From Azolla caroliniana (lineage: Eukaryota; Plantae; Polypodiophyta): 64,000 bases of DNA. The stretch is from positions 12,772,001-12,836,000 of the forward strand of contig JBHGNT010000002.1 of the NCBI GenBank assembly GCA_043228905.1. The letters are read 5' to 3'. The translations under genes and the position numbers were made by a program. Positions 62,354 to 64,000 of the stretch are shown here, piece after piece; positions within the stretch are counted from its first letter, which is position 1, and every line of letters begins with the position of its first letter. The notes under the pieces are model-generated. The model was not told where the DNA came from. It worked only from the letters and a program-made list of their open reading frames with translations, and ran no database searches.

Positions 62354-63319
62354 ACTGTGTGTTACGACTTCCGCATTTATTTACACGGGTTTGCAAAGAT
62401 TAGAGTTCTTGCAAAGATACTCATAAGGTGTTGTTCTCAAGTTGTAGTTGTAGTTGTTGAAGAACCTAAAACAAGAGAGATAATATGAGAAAGCTCATTT
62501 TATAATCCTTATATATATATATATGGAGTCAAGCATGCTAATTATTGCATGGTTTGCCAAATTTTCACGTACATACTTAGTCTCTCCCTTAGTCTCACCA
62601 TATACTGTCCAATCTCAATAGACAAAACCTAATGTCTAGGATTCAAGTATAAACGTGCAAGATTATGATAAAGGGTGGCCATTTGTCCGAAAGGTTTGAT
62701 GGGAGTTTTGTTCTATGCCCCTTTTTCTCAATGTTCGCTTGAGCTAGGTGCCTATGCAAGTGTCGTGATGTCTTCATGCATTGTGTTGTGTATAATGAGT
62801 ACTTAACACTAAGATATTGACACAATGTTAATATCTTGTTACTTCTAATCTCCCAAAGGCTAAGAAAAATTGGGCATGAGTGCTCATCTAAGTATAACAT
62901 TGAATATATACCATTTGGACCCATAACATTTTCTCAGCAAGTCTACCCCAAGAGGTGGTGCAAAGAAAATAAGGAGGATGACAATGATGGCAACGAAGAG
63001 CAACTACTACTTTGGTTTCTAGCTCGATATTTATCTCTGTTTTTATAGGCTCTCTATCTCGCTAGGTTCTCTTTCTTCGTTTAGCCCTACTCGAGTTTCT
63101 CTAATTACTTTTTCCCTTTAAAAAGTATGTACCAAGGACTTCATTTTCTATCATATAGGGATGGATGTCTTTTTGTGGAAATAAGAAACACTAATAAGTA
63201 GTGGCAATAGAAAGCCATCACTTAGATTTCTCTCATGCTCTCATGGAGTACAAAACCCATTCATTTTACAAACAAAAACTAGTTAAATCTAGGTTTCCCC
63301 AAAAACTTTTCAATGAAAC

Positions 63320-64000
63320 TATTATAGATCATAATACTAATGTAAGCTTAAGATAAGGATAATGAAGAAATAGATAGAAAGGAGAAAGAGAAAGAAGGGT
63401 GCCGATCCACCCGACCACCCCCGAGCGAAGGGATCGAGACGGACTCGAGCCTCGATCGGCGTCCCATACCACCGCCGTGGCGTCGAGTCGTACCTGGTGC
63501 TGGCGCGCTCGCTACAAGAGTTGACCCACCACACGAGCAGAGTCTCGATGTAGTCAAAAGAAAGATCAAATGAGGGTAGCTAGGCCTCTTATTTATAGCG
63601 ATACCCAAGGCCCCCAGGCAAGTTCACACTTGACCTAATGGGTTGTCTCAATCCCGAGGATTAAAAGTAATCCTCCCCTTCTTTACACTCTCATTTAACC
63701 CTCACACTTATCCACGTGTATAGAATACTACGGTAAATTCTTACCACGGGATATTATATGGTCATGCTCGTAACATACTCCCCCTCTTTAAAACATTGCA
63801 CTCTTGCAACGGAAAGTTAGGGAAGTTAGTTCTAAGAGTATTTTCGCGTTCCCATGTGGCATCTTTTATTGATTTATCCATCCATTTTATTTTGAATTCT
63901 CGGATTTCTTTAGTACGTAATTTTTTTGTTTTAACATCGAGAATTCTTTCTGGTACATGTGGTTTAGAAGATAATTCTTCAGAAGTAACCAGAGTTTCAG
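63320..64000 (-). mobile_element. Second copy of chromovirus I: 3' LTR (~63320-63775), PPT and chromodomain end; runs off the window
   Basis: Reverse complement closely matches 41060-41741. Confidence 0.95.

Noticed and set aside
62354-63319. Possible host gene or promoter
   Set aside because: AT-rich sequence with only short ORFs and no motif or splice pattern I can support; left unassigned.

Overview
Eukaryotic, repeat-saturated plant DNA with no intact host gene. A non-seed land plant is inferred from the element types; this is not proven. Almost the whole window resolves into nested transposons, with boundaries supported by LTR pairs, primer-binding sites (PBS), polypurine tracts (PPT) and target-site duplications (TSD). 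The oldest layer is a degenerate coiled-coil accessory-ORF family (K; minus strand, pieces from ~6.5 to ~61.9 kb, with a plus-strand paralogue at 197-2707). Inserted into K are Copia B (7860-17354, itself containing the very young Copia A at 9726-14188), a TIR DNA transposon (17438-45977), Copia J (46268-50955) and a non-coding LTR element C (51791-61840, containing Gypsy L at 53695-61103). The TIR element has GGG...CCC ends, 25-bp TIRs and a near-perfect 4-bp TSD, which suggests Sola2. It carries a transposase-like exon and a convergent spliced RING-H2-like pseudogene, both running into a 1.15-kb AGCTAATTAGCT palindrome array. It is invaded by two chromoviruses, three Copia elements and two solo LTRs. 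Other notable signals are Tf1-like self-priming complementarity in element C, antisense tRNA-like Pol III A/B boxes in the LTRs of three families, 4-bp CCGR TSDs for a tRNA-Trp-primed Gypsy family, and a young Copia with an in-frame deletion of nucleocapsid and protease. All analysis was by eye; family names are inferences that need database confirmation.
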